Virus record (IMG/VR): IMGVR_UViG_3300042975_000037
Strand: one strand, 5' to 3'
Length of the DNA: 64,000 nucleotides
DNA from: an uncultured virus (IMG/VR IMGVR_UViG_3300042975_000037)
Lineage: Duplodnaviria > Heunggongvirae > Uroviricota > Caudoviricetes
The notes under the pieces are model-generated. The model was given only the letters and a program-made list of their open reading frames with translations. It was not told the origin of the DNA and made no database searches. The first letter of the stretch is position 1. Each line of letters opens with the position of its first letter. A program made the translations under genes and the position numbers. Below are positions 28,100-38,592 of the stretch, piece by piece.

Positions 28100-28134
28100 T
28101 AGGCACTGATCTGTTATCTGGTCAGTGCCTTTTT
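28100..28134 (+). terminator. intrinsic terminator
   Basis: AGGCACTGATC-loop-GGTCAGTGCCT followed by a T-run. Confidence 0.6.
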
Positions 28135-28144
28135 AATTCTGACT

Positions 28145-28597
28145 ATGTATTATATCAAAAGAAAGAAATCGACTACTCCGAGAAAGAGGAAATCGAGTTT
28201 GTCTACTTTGGTGAGAAAACTTGATAAGGTCTTTTCGAGGTATATCAGACTTCGGGATGCAATGCCGGGCGGAATGACACGGTGCATCTCCTGTGGCAAG
28301 ATAAAACCCATATCTATGATGGATTGCGGACACTTCTATTCCCGTACTCACATGAGCACGAGGTTCGATGAGGAAAATTGTAATTCGGAATGTGAGTTCT
28401 GCAATAGGTTTAAGGCTGATCATCTTATCGGCTATCGGGAGAATCTGATCAAGAAGATTGGCGTGCAACGCTTTAAGTTGCTTGAAGTCAAGGTTCACGA
28501 AACGAAGAAGTGGAGCTGTTTCGAGTTGGAACAACTGATAAAGTATTACAAGGCACTTGGTGATAAGCTAAGTGAGAAGAAAGGAATAAACATTTAA
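28145..28597 (+). CDS. ninG: NinG/Rap-family HNH-like endonuclease
   Basis: FSRYIRLRD, CISCG, DCGHF.SR, TRFDEENCNSECEFCNRF. Confidence 0.9.
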   Translation: MYYIKRKKSTTPRKRKSSLSTLVRKLDKVFSRYIRLRDAMPGGMTRCISCGKIKPISMMDCGHFYSRTHMSTRFDEENCNSECEFCNRFKADHLIGYRENLIKKIGVQRFKLLEVKVHETKKWSCFELEQLIKYYKALGDKLSEKKGINI

Positions 28598-28608
28598 ACT
28601 GTAGAATT

Positions 28609-28839
28609 ATGAAGAATGTAGTATCAGTGTTAGGAGAAACAGTACAGAAAAAATATGGTGAGAACATCGTAACTTCTGTTCTTGGAAAACGTGGGCCAGA
28701 TAATGAGCCTACTGTTTCTGTTAGAATTGACTTACCAAATGATAAGTCTTATTTTGGCGAAGGTTCCAATAAGCATATAGCTAAGGAGAATGCAGCAAAA
28801 GAAGCACTTAAAAAAGAATTTGGTTATGACGTTAGATGA
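28609..28839 (+). CDS. stand-alone double-stranded RNA-binding domain (dsRBD) protein
   Basis: VSVLGETVQK, GPDNEPTVSVRI, GEGSNKHIAKENAAKEAL match the dsRBD consensus (L.E..QK, GP.H.P.F.V.V, GEG.SKK.A.Q.AA..AL). Confidence 0.75.
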   Translation: MKNVVSVLGETVQKKYGENIVTSVLGKRGPDNEPTVSVRIDLPNDKSYFGEGSNKHIAKENAAKEALKKEFGYDVR

Positions 28840-28969
28840 AGCGATACAGCATTGTAAGGATGAAGCCGATAAGGAGTGTAGAATCGGTAATAATGGATGT
28901 GCCAAAGAGCATATCCAGCTTGCAAATTGGCTGATAGATTATAGAAGATTGAAGTATAATAAAAAATAG
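28826..28969 (+). CDS. small phage protein (47 aa)
   Basis: MTLDEAIQHC..CAKEHIQLANWL; not in the ORF track; fills the gap between neighbours. Confidence 0.6.
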   Translation: MTLDEAIQHCKDEADKECRIGNNGCAKEHIQLANWLIDYRRLKYNKK

Positions 28970-28974
28970 TGACT

Positions 28975-29412
28975 ATGGAAAAAACATTAGGTCAAGAGTA
29001 TTCTGATCCGGCAGAGAGGATTTCATTCCTTTCTGATAATGCGGAAAAGAAAGAGGAGATTGATTACAACAAGCCCCTCACGCAAGATGAACTTGAAGGT
29101 CTGAAAGATGACCTCGCAACAAACTCTATCAAGTTGGGTGATGTCGAGGAACAGAAAAAGGATTCCGACAAAGCCTTTAAAGACCAGATAGACGGATTCA
29201 AAGATCATATCAAAGATGATGCGGAAAAGCTGAAATACAAGTCCGTACAGGTTACGGAAGATTGCTTTAAGTTTGTTGATGAAGAGACCCATGAGATTGG
29301 CTATTATAACCATGAAGGTGTATTGGTCTATTCACGTCCGGCACGGAGCGGAGAGATTCAAGGTAACCTCTTCAAGACAATCAAGGGTGGAAAGAATGGA
29401 ACTGAAGATTAA
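28975..29412 (+). CDS. hypothetical coiled-coil phage protein
   Basis: Charged ORF in the early operon. Confidence 0.7.
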   Translation: MEKTLGQEYSDPAERISFLSDNAEKKEEIDYNKPLTQDELEGLKDDLATNSIKLGDVEEQKKDSDKAFKDQIDGFKDHIKDDAEKLKYKSVQVTEDCFKFVDEETHEIGYYNHEGVLVYSRPARSGEIQGNLFKTIKGGKNGTED

Positions 29413-29423
29413 AATTTAAGATT

Positions 29424-30189
29424 ATGGAAGAAGAGAAAAAAGAAGAAGAGAATGATCTTGGTAAGGCGATTACCGAAGCGCTTATGGAAGCATTTGAAAA
29501 GGATAAAAAGCCTCTGGGAGTTGACTTGACAATCAGAAAGGGTGAATCCCGGAAATTGTATGATCCGGTTCCTGTTGACATAAATGGCCACATTGATGCT
29601 CCTTATCGTTGGATTAAGGCGAGAAAGGATGCGTTTGAACATAGAAAGGCACATATCCTTGTTAACCGTGATGAATTTAAAATTACTCTGGCCATCAATG
29701 ACAGAGACCATTTCTCTGATCAGATTGTAGGCACACTCGAAGAGTCCTCTGAATTTAAGGATATGGGAATCAATAATGGAGATTATTTATCAGCCTTTGA
29801 CCTTGCCGACCTTATCAAGAAGAACAGGATTTATTTCTGTGACAAACTCGCTGCCATGAAACTGGTAACGGAGCTTAGAAAATTCAATGCGAAAGTCAAT
29901 AGCGAGATAGAGGAAAGTGATGATAAGCGTGGAAATACGAAAATGAACCGTTCACAAGTCGTTACTTCCAATATCCCCGAAGGCTTTAGTTTGTCTATTC
30001 CTGTTTTCAAGGGGCAGAAGGATGTAACCTTTCAAAGTGGAGATAGAAGTTAATCCGACTAATTTGTCTTGCACGTTAACGAGTAGTGAGGCAAATGATT
30101 ATGTCAAGACAGAGAGAGACACGATCATTGATGAGCAACTTGAGAACATTACTAAGGAAGCTAATGATATTGTAGTTATTGAAGTATGA
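29424..30189 (+). CDS. YfdQ/DUF2303-like protein; one frameshift near 30031
   Basis: NIPEGFSLSIPVFKG; removing one base continues FKVEIEVNPTNLSCTL..IVVIEV* to 30189. Confidence 0.6.
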
Positions 30190-30210
30190 TTTTTGGTAAA
30201 ACTAAATAAG

Positions 30211-30236
30211 AGGGGCGCTCGCAACGCCCCTTTTTT
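30211..30236 (+). terminator. intrinsic terminator
   Basis: AGGGGCG-loop-CGCCCC followed by TTTTTT. Confidence 0.6.
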
Positions 30237-30243
30237 AATGCCT

Positions 30244-30480
30244 ATGAGAGAACAGTCATTATTTGAGGAGCAGAAACCCCGTGACAGGTTTGGGCGGTTT
30301 GCTACGAGGGAACGTGCATACGCTGACCGTCAGAAAGAGGAATGCAGCTATTGGAAGTTACAGGCTGAGAAATACAGGCGGATGACAGAATCCGCTATTA
30401 AGGCAAATATCATAAAGGACAGGGTAATAAAAGAATTGAGAGATGTACAAATTAAGAGACTATCAGCAGAAGGCAAGTGA
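30244..30480 (+). CDS. hypothetical phage protein
   Basis: QKPRDRFGRFAT motif; overlaps the helicase start. Confidence 0.55.
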   Translation: MREQSLFEEQKPRDRFGRFATRERAYADRQKEECSYWKLQAEKYRRMTESAIKANIIKDRVIKELRDVQIKRLSAEGK

Positions 30481-31609
30481 TGCAGGAGTGAAGTTCTTCA
30501 ATGATAAGAAAGCAAAGTATAATGCTATTGAAGTGCTGCCTACGGGATCAGGGAAGAGTTTGATCCTTGCTGATATAGCCAATCGTCTGAGCGGGAATAC
30601 GATTGTCTTTCAACCATCGAAAGAGATTCTTGAGCAGAACTATGAAAAGATGTGTTCATACGGCGTTATGGATTGTTCTGTTTATTCGGCCTCTTTTCAT
30701 TCGAAGAATATCAACCGTATAACCTTTGCCACAATCGGGAGTGTTATCAGGCACACGGAAGATTTCAAGTGTTTCAATAATATGATAGTGGATGAATGTC
30801 ACTGCGTAAATGCAAAGGGTGGAATGTATGAGAAGTTTATTCATGAGACAGGATGCAAGGTTCTGGGTGTCACGGCTACACCATATAGGCTTAGTACGAG
30901 CAGCTATGGGGCAATGCTTAAATTCATTACCCGTACACGGCCGAGGATTTTTTCAAAGGTTATCTATCAGGTGCAGATTTCTACCTTGTTGGATATGGGT
31001 TATCTGGCACCGATGAACTACTATCAGATGAATCCTTTGGGTTGGAATGAAAACAATCTGAGAAATAATTCTACTGGTACGGACTACACTGATCAGTCTG
31101 TGGTCAGAGAGTATAACCGTGTTGATTTCTATTCCTATTTGGTTAGTATTGTAAAACGTCTGTTGAGGCCCAAAATTGGTGGAAAGCGAAATGGAATATT
31201 GGTTTTCACACGATTTGTGAAGGAAGCCAAACGCCTTGCCGATGCTATTCCCTGTTGCAATATGGTTTCGGGTGATACTCCGAAGTTGGAACGTGAGAGG
31301 ATTATTAATGATTTCAAGTCAGGTAAAACGAAGGTAGTTGTCAATGTCGGCGTATTAGCAATAGGATTCGATTATCCCGAACTTGATACGATCGTTATGG
31401 CACGGCCGACTAAATCTTTAGCACTCTATTATCAGATTTGCGGAAGAGCAATAAGGCCTTATAAAAACAAAGTAAGCTGGTTTGTCGATCTTTGTGGGAA
31501 TATCAAGCGTTTTGGGAAGGTCTCTGATTTGAAACTCGTTGAACCAAAGCCGAATCTCTGGCAGGTAAGTTCACGGGGCCGACAGCTTACTAATGTGATT
31601 TTTCAATGA
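30443..31609 (+). CDS. SF2 DEAD/DEAH (RadD-like) helicase
   Basis: LRDYQ, LPTGSGKS, VDECH, TATPYR, GFDYP, QICGRAIR. Confidence 0.92.
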   Translation: MYKLRDYQQKASDAGVKFFNDKKAKYNAIEVLPTGSGKSLILADIANRLSGNTIVFQPSKEILEQNYEKMCSYGVMDCSVYSASFHSKNINRITFATIGSVIRHTEDFKCFNNMIVDECHCVNAKGGMYEKFIHETGCKVLGVTATPYRLSTSSYGAMLKFITRTRPRIFSKVIYQVQISTLLDMGYLAPMNYYQMNPLGWNENNLRNNSTGTDYTDQSVVREYNRVDFYSYLVSIVKRLLRPKIGGKRNGILVFTRFVKEAKRLADAIPCCNMVSGDTPKLERERIINDFKSGKTKVVVNVGVLAIGFDYPELDTIVMARPTKSLALYYQICGRAIRPYKNKVSWFVDLCGNIKRFGKVSDLKLVEPKPNLWQVSSRGRQLTNVIFQ

Positions 31610-31800
31610 GAAAAGAGAAGATCTATCATCGTTGTATGGATTGCAGAAATGCCTATCTTATGCGTAACGGCTCTGATCCTATAATTTCCAAATGCCCTTT
31701 TAATGCAGAAAGGCAAGTTTCATCATGCCCTGTTCTGTGCAGTCATTTTGCACAGTTAACGGGTAAACCGCAGATACACCCAATGATTTTTCTTAAATGA
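31606..31800 (+). CDS. small Cys-rich protein
   Basis: CMDC..C..C pattern; ATGA-coupled on both sides. Confidence 0.55.
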   Translation: MRKEKIYHRCMDCRNAYLMRNGSDPIISKCPFNAERQVSSCPVLCSHFAQLTGKPQIHPMIFLK

Positions 31801-32390
31801 ATATAGATATTATCAATAACTTTTCACGCCCACGTGACGGTTTGCTGATGGTCTATCTTTCTGCAAAGGCAAAGAACGGTATTGTTGAATCTACCCTAAA
31901 CGATTTATCCTTTGCGACTGGATGGAGCATAAAGCAGTTGCGCACAAGCATAGACTGCCTCGTAAAGGGCAATTTGATCGGAAAGGATAAATCTAATGGC
32001 GTGACAGTGCTAACCATTGCGGATAAAACTAAACCGGTCGTCAAACCTAAGCCGAAGCCAAACAACATAGAGGAGCGGAAAGATAAGTTTTACAAGAGTC
32101 TGGTTCCCTTTGTCAATACCCGTGGCGGTGTCTATCTGCCATCCATGATCCGGGACTTCTTCGAGTACTGGTCAGAGCCTAACAAGTCAAAGAGCCGGAT
32201 GCGATTTGAGAATGAAAAGACGTGGGACGTTAATCTAAGGTTAAAGAATTGGGCAAAACGGGAGAAAGACTATGGAAATTCCGAAGGAAATAGCGAACAG
32301 GCTAAAGAAAAGCGAGTGTCCGGAGCAGCGCAACTCATTGCAACTCTCCGAAAAGAAGATGAAATGCGTTCTAAGATACAAGACACTTGA
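31797..32390 (+). CDS. putative replication initiation protein
   Basis: N-terminal wHTH (LSFATGWSIKQLRT), PK linker, C-terminal FFEYWSE..RMRFE..KTWD..RL..W. Confidence 0.6.
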   Translation: MNIDIINNFSRPRDGLLMVYLSAKAKNGIVESTLNDLSFATGWSIKQLRTSIDCLVKGNLIGKDKSNGVTVLTIADKTKPVVKPKPKPNNIEERKDKFYKSLVPFVNTRGGVYLPSMIRDFFEYWSEPNKSKSRMRFENEKTWDVNLRLKNWAKREKDYGNSEGNSEQAKEKRVSGAAQLIATLRKEDEMRSKIQDT

Positions 32391-32877
32391 CGGTCTTATG
32401 CTTTATTTCAAGCCTGATGTAAATCTTGGCGAATCAAGAGAACTTATTACGGGTGATTATCCTACTTTGCTTGATATTAACGCTGTTTTCGGCTCAACAG
32501 CGTCAAGGCAGTGGCTTGTGGCCCAACTTGAGAATCTGAATGAGTTCTGTAATTGCAGGAACAAGTTCACTTTATCCCAGATAGATAATACTTCGTGTAT
32601 CATTTCGGAGCATTACAAGACTTTGAAGATCAGTGAGCTTTGGGTATTCTTCAGAATGTTCAAGGCTGGCGAGTTTGGGCGTTTCTACGGTTCACTTGAC
32701 CCGATGGTAGTTACCACTTCGTTAAAGGAGTTCATGAAATACAGGAACCTTGTTTATGCGGAATATGAAAGACAAAAGGAATCGGACAGGGTATTTAGTG
32801 ATGCCCACAACCCGAATGCAATAACCTACGAAGAATATTTAAAGAGAAAGAAGTGTGCAACGGAAATTAGGAAGTAA
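32272..32877 (+). CDS. replication-associated protein (DUF6633-like)
   Basis: LKISELWVFFRMFKAGEFGRFYGSLDP motif; follows the initiator. Confidence 0.55.
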   Translation: MEIPKEIANRLKKSECPEQRNSLQLSEKKMKCVLRYKTLDGLMLYFKPDVNLGESRELITGDYPTLLDINAVFGSTASRQWLVAQLENLNEFCNCRNKFTLSQIDNTSCIISEHYKTLKISELWVFFRMFKAGEFGRFYGSLDPMVVTTSLKEFMKYRNLVYAEYERQKESDRVFSDAHNPNAITYEEYLKRKKCATEIRK

Positions 32878-33061
32878 ATTTTCCTATGGTGGTAAATTTT
32901 ATGAGGTGATTCCAGGAAATGCAGCATCTTGTGCCGGCTGTGCCTTTGTTCTGTTGGCTTTTTGTTGGAAAGTGATGGGGCTATGTAACAAATTCGCACG
33001 GTCTGATAGCAGTTCAGTAATGGCAAAGGAGATAGGGAAATGAACCGAAAGGAAATTGATT

Positions 33062-33653
33062 ATGGCAGCATTTGATATAAACGGGTATTACTGCCTTGAC
33101 TGTACCTATTCAGACGCTTATGGTCGGGGTTGTAAGATCAACCTTATGATGCCGGCAATGTTGGCAATGATGGGTTTTAGCCGGTGCCCAAAGCTGGTGA
33201 GAAAGAACGAAGAGCAACTGAGAAAACAGTTGGAAATCTTTGAGAAAGAGAAAGAGGAGGAGAAATGATAGAAGATAATAATTCGCATTTGTCCTCTCTG
33301 AGGCGCAAACGTCTTGACCATGAGCGGTATATTCGGAACAGGGCTGAACGCCTTGTACAGGCAAAAATATACCGTGATGGGCATAAGGAAGAGATTAAGG
33401 CTAAGAGGAGAAAGAAGAGCTATGAGCATTTTCTTGACATTAATAAAGAAGTGTTATTATGATGAATCCTTGCGATTTTAAGACAGGTGATATTATTGAG
33501 GACTTCTATACCAAAGATCACTATAAGGTTGTTGAACCCGACAAACGTGGTATGGCCATACTTTACAATTTGAGTACTCGAAAGAATGAGGATTGGAATG
33601 CAGAAAACAATTTCAGATTTACAAAGTTGGAAGGTCAATTAGAACTATTTTAA
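33062..33653 (+). CDS. cluster of three small hypothetical ORFs (33062-33268, 33265-33462, 33459-33653)
   Basis: Consecutive ATGA-coupled ORFs in the ORF track. Confidence 0.5.
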
Positions 33654-33861
33654 GTAAATCATAAATGGACGTGGAGAAACTTTAGACAGAAATGAAGTGC
33701 GAATGTAAGTCAGGTGATAGCCGACATCACATATCTATACTCTCTCCCCTAATAAATAATTGGTGCAGGCGTTGGCAGTACGTGTACAAGGTTCTAACAG
33801 TCCTACGGGAAAAACATTCGGCTAATACTCGCTACGTCATTAAAATTTAAACATAAAGACT

Positions 33862-34035
33862 ATGAGTAAATTTAAAGTAGGTGACACCGTAAAGGTTGTA
33901 AGTCACAAAAACAAAGAAATGATCGGTAAGGTCTCTACCATTACCGAAGTGCTTAAAGACAGTAATGGTATTTATCTTTACAAGGTTAAAGGAATTAAGA
34001 ATTACGCCACAAAAAAAGACATAGAAAGGGAATAG
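33862..34035 (+). CDS. small KOW-like protein
   Basis: MSKFKVGDTVKVV..GKVSTITEV..YLYKV; not in the ORF track. Confidence 0.55.
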   Translation: MSKFKVGDTVKVVSHKNKEMIGKVSTITEVLKDSNGIYLYKVKGIKNYATKKDIERE

Positions 34036-34037
34036 TT

Positions 34038-34611
34038 ATGGAAACAGATTTAAACAAACTTAGAGATCGTGCTTATTCAATCGCAAAGGCGCACGGATTC
34101 CACGAGAAAGATCAATCAGATGAAACCTATCTGATGTTGATAATTACGGAGATTGCGGAAGCGGTGAATGCAGACAGGAAAGGACATCATGCAAGCATCA
34201 AAAATTTCGAAGAAGATTATAAAGACCGTATTTCGGTTGCCCATGAACCAAATGATTCCGCCTTTTTCAACTCGTTTGAAGAATGTATTAAAGATAGTAT
34301 TTCTGATGAGCTTGCCGATGTTGCAATCCGAATTCTCGACTTTTCAGGATTAAGAAATGTAGACTTAATCTAACAACAGACCAAGTATATTTCATTATGT
34401 TGTATCTGAAAAGAAATCATTATGTGAGAATTGCTACAATATTGTAATGAATATCACTAACTATAGAGATTCAATTTGCGGAATGCTTAATGATGTGGTC
34501 AGGCAGGTTATTGAACTTGCAAACATATATTCTATTGACCTTTTTAAGTTTATTGATCTCAAAATGCGTTATAATGAACTTCGGCCATATAGGAACGGCA
34601 AAAACTACTGA
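34038..34611 (+). CDS. MazG-like nucleotide pyrophosphohydrolase; one frameshift near 34368
   Basis: LMLIITEIAEAVNADR, DELADVAIRILD; the shifted frame ends KMRYNELRPYRNGKNY*. Confidence 0.75.
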
Positions 34612-34635
34612 TTATGACTAATGAGGAAATATTTA

Positions 34636-36337
34636 GGGTCCGCTGATTTATTTTCATCAGCCGATGGCGAGAAGGGGAGTTTTCTCGGCCACCTGACTTT
34701 GATTTCTAAAAGTCCCGGTATTTTCCGGGATTATTCTGATGATTTCCATCATTTCAATAAGGGCATAAAGAAGTTCCCTGAAGAACTTCATTATATTTTT
34801 CACGAAGTAGCACGCGCCAACCCATGAAGCTCCCGTATCAGCACGTTTTGCCCTGATGTTGTTTGCCCTGTATATCCGCTTGCCCGTTCCAAAGGTTGCC
34901 TCCACTTCATTCCTTTCACCGACGTTCCTTGCCATAAGGTCGTGATATTCCTTGGTGTTCTGCTCCTTTGACGGCCTGCCCAGAGGTTTCCCGCCTATTT
35001 CTATTCCAAGCAGACGGAGAATCTGACGGTTCCATCTGTTCATGTATATCTTGTCCGCTTCCACCTTGGCAGGAAGATTTCCGAACCTTTTCTTATATGC
35101 TCTCAGATGAAGCATGAGATCGTCGCATTCATTATAGGCATCCCAGCTATGGTGGTCGATAAACGTGTATCCCTTCACCACGCTTACGCCTATCTTTGCC
35201 CCGAACTCTGTCTTTGCCTTTGCCTTGCCCCTGACTATCGGCCTTACAAAGGGCTGGTACAGGCTGATGATCCGGTCCTTGCATACATGTACATGATTGA
35301 CAAACATTTCTTTCTGCTGTTTCCACATCTTTATCGTGGTGAAGAACAGGCTGCGGTCACGCGGCTTAAGCGAAAAGAAGTAGTTGCTGTCAGCCTTGCC
35401 AAATATCCCCAGGGCCGTACTGATGTTCCTCCTGAGGCGGGCCAGCATGTATTCCATACATTCCCTGACATTCTTCTTCGGCTTCTTCCGCAGCTTGATG
35501 ACGTTCAGATACCGGGAATGGATTTCCTTCAGGTGGGTTTCCGGACGGGGAAGGCCTGTCATCCTGCAGAAACGGTCCAGTATCCTGTCTACGACCTCTA
35601 CGCCGTCATTAAGGAGGTCCAGGTCCGTCGGATACCGTACTTCCGAGTCCGAGCATGTCGCGTCTATCTTCATCAGGCCTTCATTCGGCTTCGGGGATGA
35701 CGGCTTTGTGCCGGAATACGGCTTATCGGATGATTCACCGGTTGCTCCTCCTTTATCGTTCCTGCCTTTCCCCTGATTGTCCTCTTCTTCTTCCTTCTGC
35801 TTCTTGTCATACATCCTGACCTGAAGTTTCAGAAGCGACTCGCTCATGTCATTGTAATCCTCTATGCCCAGACGCTTGCGGACTGACACGAAAAGAGAGG
35901 GGTCAAAGACCGGCTGGTCCGTGTAGGCGGACAGTCCCAGCAGGTATTGCATATAAGGGTTCTCACGGATGGCTTCTATGGTCTCCACGTCCGAAAGGCT
36001 CAGCTTGTGCTTGATAAGAAGGGCCCCGATGATCATGCGCGCCGGCTTGTTGCCCGCTCCGTTATGGACATTATGCAAACGGCTGTTATAGATCTTTTCG
36101 ATCTTCTCCCAGGGAAGGGTGTCGCCCAGCTTTATCCACCGGTTGCTCTTCGGGAGATCCTCAAGAGAGGATCGGAATGCTTCAAGTGTCAGCTCCCGGT
36201 TTTGTGATTTGAACTTCATTTTTGCTTGCTTTTAACGCTCAAAGTTACAAATTTTCCGTGAATTGACCAAATGTTACATCATGTATCTTGCTGATAATCA
36301 ATGAAATAAATGTTAAATCAACTTATTCAGCAAACCC
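34636..36337 (-). mobile_element. IS5-family insertion sequence
   Basis: Imperfect TIRs GGGTCCGCTGATTTA / GGGTTTGCTGAATAA; 6-bp TSD TATTTA at 34630-34635 and 36338-36343. Confidence 0.9.
34657..36219 (-). CDS. IS5-family transposase
   Basis: ENPYMQY, IDATC..YPTDL, RPIVRGKA..EFGAK, ADKIY, RNEVEATFG. Confidence 0.92.
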   Translation of the reverse strand: MKFKSQNRELTLEAFRSSLEDLPKSNRWIKLGDTLPWEKIEKIYNSRLHNVHNGAGNKPARMIIGALLIKHKLSLSDVETIEAIRENPYMQYLLGLSAYTDQPVFDPSLFVSVRKRLGIEDYNDMSESLLKLQVRMYDKKQKEEEEDNQGKGRNDKGGATGESSDKPYSGTKPSSPKPNEGLMKIDATCSDSEVRYPTDLDLLNDGVEVVDRILDRFCRMTGLPRPETHLKEIHSRYLNVIKLRKKPKKNVRECMEYMLARLRRNISTALGIFGKADSNYFFSLKPRDRSLFFTTIKMWKQQKEMFVNHVHVCKDRIISLYQPFVRPIVRGKAKAKTEFGAKIGVSVVKGYTFIDHHSWDAYNECDDLMLHLRAYKKRFGNLPAKVEADKIYMNRWNRQILRLLGIEIGGKPLGRPSKEQNTKEYHDLMARNVGERNEVEATFGTGKRIYRANNIRAKRADTGASWVGACYFVKNIMKFFRELLYALIEMMEIIRIIPENTGTFRNQSQVAEKTPLLAIG

Positions 36338-36889
36338 TATTTAAGCTGTTGGATGATATTCACGCTGCAATGGATTTGGGCGGAAAGATGAAAATAATTA
36401 TAGGATCCCGTGAGATTACATCTTGCGAGGATCTTAAACCTACGATCCGAAAGGAGATTGTAAAGCATTTATCTGATAAGGTCGAAGAGGTGTCAAAAGA
36501 AAGAGGAATATGAGTAAGATAGTTATGAAACATCACGCCGAATGGTTAAAGGGTGGTGGTGCTGTTTTGTACGAGGATGGCTTTGAACTTGTTGATGATG
36601 GTGATCCGAGAGAAGAATATAAATTTAGCAGATAATGACACTACATGTAATTAACATGATTATTCTGTTTGCTATAGGAATACTATTTATAGTTATTGGG
36701 ATAAACGGAATAATTGAAAAGAAGTTGGACGGATTGGCTATGAATATAGTACTTATCCTTATCGGTATTTTAATAATAATCTGAGAATATGGAATTGTGT
36801 AAGGAAGAAAGGAAAATATAGAAGGATCTCCTTGTTACCGTTTAGTGAGTGTAAGTGTACAGGGGATATTTACCATTACCCACCTCTTA

Positions 36890-37149
36890 CTAAATAAACC
36901 ATCCAATAATGGTAGCTACTAGTGTTAGAATAGCTATAACTATGCTTACGATAGTAAATATAAAGGAACGTCTATTTGCTTTTCGGCTCTCTTTTCTATA
37001 TTTCTGCTGGTCGATTATTTCTTGATATTGGGCCATCATTAGTTTATGGGAATTATTCTCATCTATTCCTTTTCTATATTCATCAATATAGCCCAATTCG
37101 CCATAATCATCAAGTTTGTCAGGGTTGTTAGAATCATTAAAACTCATAA
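36890..37149 (-). CDS. small membrane protein (moron-like)
   Basis: Opposite strand to its neighbours; C-terminal TM helix. Confidence 0.5.
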
Positions 37150-37460
37150 TATAAATAATTTGTGGGGACAAAGATAATGAAAAATTATGAAAAACAAAGA
37201 TTTTATAATTGAAAATGAAAAAAAGTTTTACTTAATGATTAAGGTTAAGCCAGTTAAGGCACCCGTCATCCGGAATAAGGTAAAGATAAGAATAAAAGAA
37301 AGGAGGTGTGTATGATACATTTTATCAGTGTTAAGGATGATGATACCGGGAAAATCGTTGACCTCGATATGACCGAAGATGAGTATAAAGCAGAACTTAA
37401 ATTAATAGAGAAAAAGGCAAAATATAATTGCGGAAGGTATACTATTGATACGAGGATATT

Positions 37461-37646
37461 ATGAAAGATTTTGATTATTGCAAGGATTGTGCTATGAAAT
37501 ACAGGATAACAAGAATAAGGCATATAGTGCCTGACAGAAAGTCTTATACGGAAATGGTTAATATAATCGTTCCGGATGTTGACAAATACAGGGAAGAAAT
37601 ATCAACTGAAGGCGAGAAAATTGCCTTTACCTATGATCTAATATAA
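37461..37646 (+). CDS. hypothetical phage protein
   Basis: ORF track. Confidence 0.45.
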   Translation: MKDFDYCKDCAMKYRITRIRHIVPDRKSYTEMVNIIVPDVDKYREEISTEGEKIAFTYDLI

Positions 37647-37734
37647 AAAAGACGGTGCAGATCTCTCCACACCGCCTGTTTTTAATTTTTACACACACTA
37701 CAAAGATAACTATTTTTAATTAAAAACAGACACG

Positions 37735-38142
37735 ATGGAGCAGATAATTACGACAATCCGGAAGATGAAGATCGCCCGTGAGAAAATGTATGATGCTATG
37801 GAAGAGTGGCATGTTACCGCAAAGCCCCTTCTATCGAATATCGGGATTATTTCGAAGATATATGATATTTTCAAGTCCGTGTTGGGGGAAAAGGCACAGT
37901 CCACAAATGGCAAGAAAGAGTTTACCTTTATAATTGTCTTTCTCTATTCGCCACAGAGATTCTTCGGGGGCAAAATGTCTGATGGGCTGAGAAAAGAAAT
38001 CGGGAGAACTCTTCATTTGAATTCCCCCAATTACATATCATTGATTTTCCCCGATCTTATGCTTTCTTATACAACCTATAAGGACTTTAAAAGCGATGTG
38101 GATAAAGTCATTAATGTGATCGGTGATAAGCTGATAAGATAA
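37735..38142 (+). CDS. hypothetical protein; candidate late transcriptional activator
   Basis: Last rightward gene before the late region; helical, with an HTH-like GLRKEIGRTL..YIS segment. Confidence 0.55.
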   Translation: MEQIITTIRKMKIAREKMYDAMEEWHVTAKPLLSNIGIISKIYDIFKSVLGEKAQSTNGKKEFTFIIVFLYSPQRFFGGKMSDGLRKEIGRTLHLNSPNYISLIFPDLMLSYTTYKDFKSDVDKVINVIGDKLIR

Positions 38143-38150
38143 GCCCTTAA

Positions 38151-38358
38151 TCAATCTCGCATCTGTTTCCTCTTGCGAGGTGAAATAGGAGATACGGGTA
38201 TCTTATCCCGAATCATTTTCTCTCTGATTGCATCATTGATGTAATCACTCCTGGTTTCATTTGGCGGAAAAGACATCATAAGATCTAAGTCTATTCCAAC
38301 CAGAATATTCTTTTTTGTTTTTATAGGTGGCCGGCCGGGTTTTCTGTATTTTATCATA
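38151..38358 (-). CDS. ribbon-helix-helix-like DNA-binding protein
   Basis: GRPP..ILVGIDLDL..RSDYINDAIREK. Confidence 0.6.
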
Positions 38359-38394
38359 TTTTCCCCGTCATGCCGGTAGGGCAGCGTCAATTAA

Positions 38395-38592
38395 TTATTT
38401 TTCTTTTAATTGTGAGAAGGCATCATTTGCCTCAAAGATAGCATCTTCGATAGTCCCGTTGTTATCTCTGCAATCAGAGATAACTTGTTCAATAAACTCA
38501 TCGAATGTAGCGTTTGCATCTTTCTCGTTGTAATCACTCTCTGTAAAATCAATTGAATCAATCAATTCATCTTTGTTAATCATTGCTTTCAT
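38395..38592 (-). CDS. small acidic hypothetical protein
   Basis: MKAMINKDEL...; TATATTTG box upstream on the minus strand. Confidence 0.55.
   Translation of the reverse strand: MKAMINKDELIDSIDFTESDYNEKDANATFDEFIEQVISDCRDNNGTIEDAIFEANDAFSQLKEK

Larger units (their letters stand above)
34614..36513 (+). pseudogene. small phage gene interrupted by IS5
   Basis: Removing the IS and one TSD copy gives MTNEEIFKLLDDIHAAMDLGG...KERGI*. Confidence 0.7.

Noticed and set aside
36310..36513. Independent 67-aa gene
   Set aside because: Its start lies inside the IS5 end; it is the 3' part of the interrupted gene beginning at 34614.
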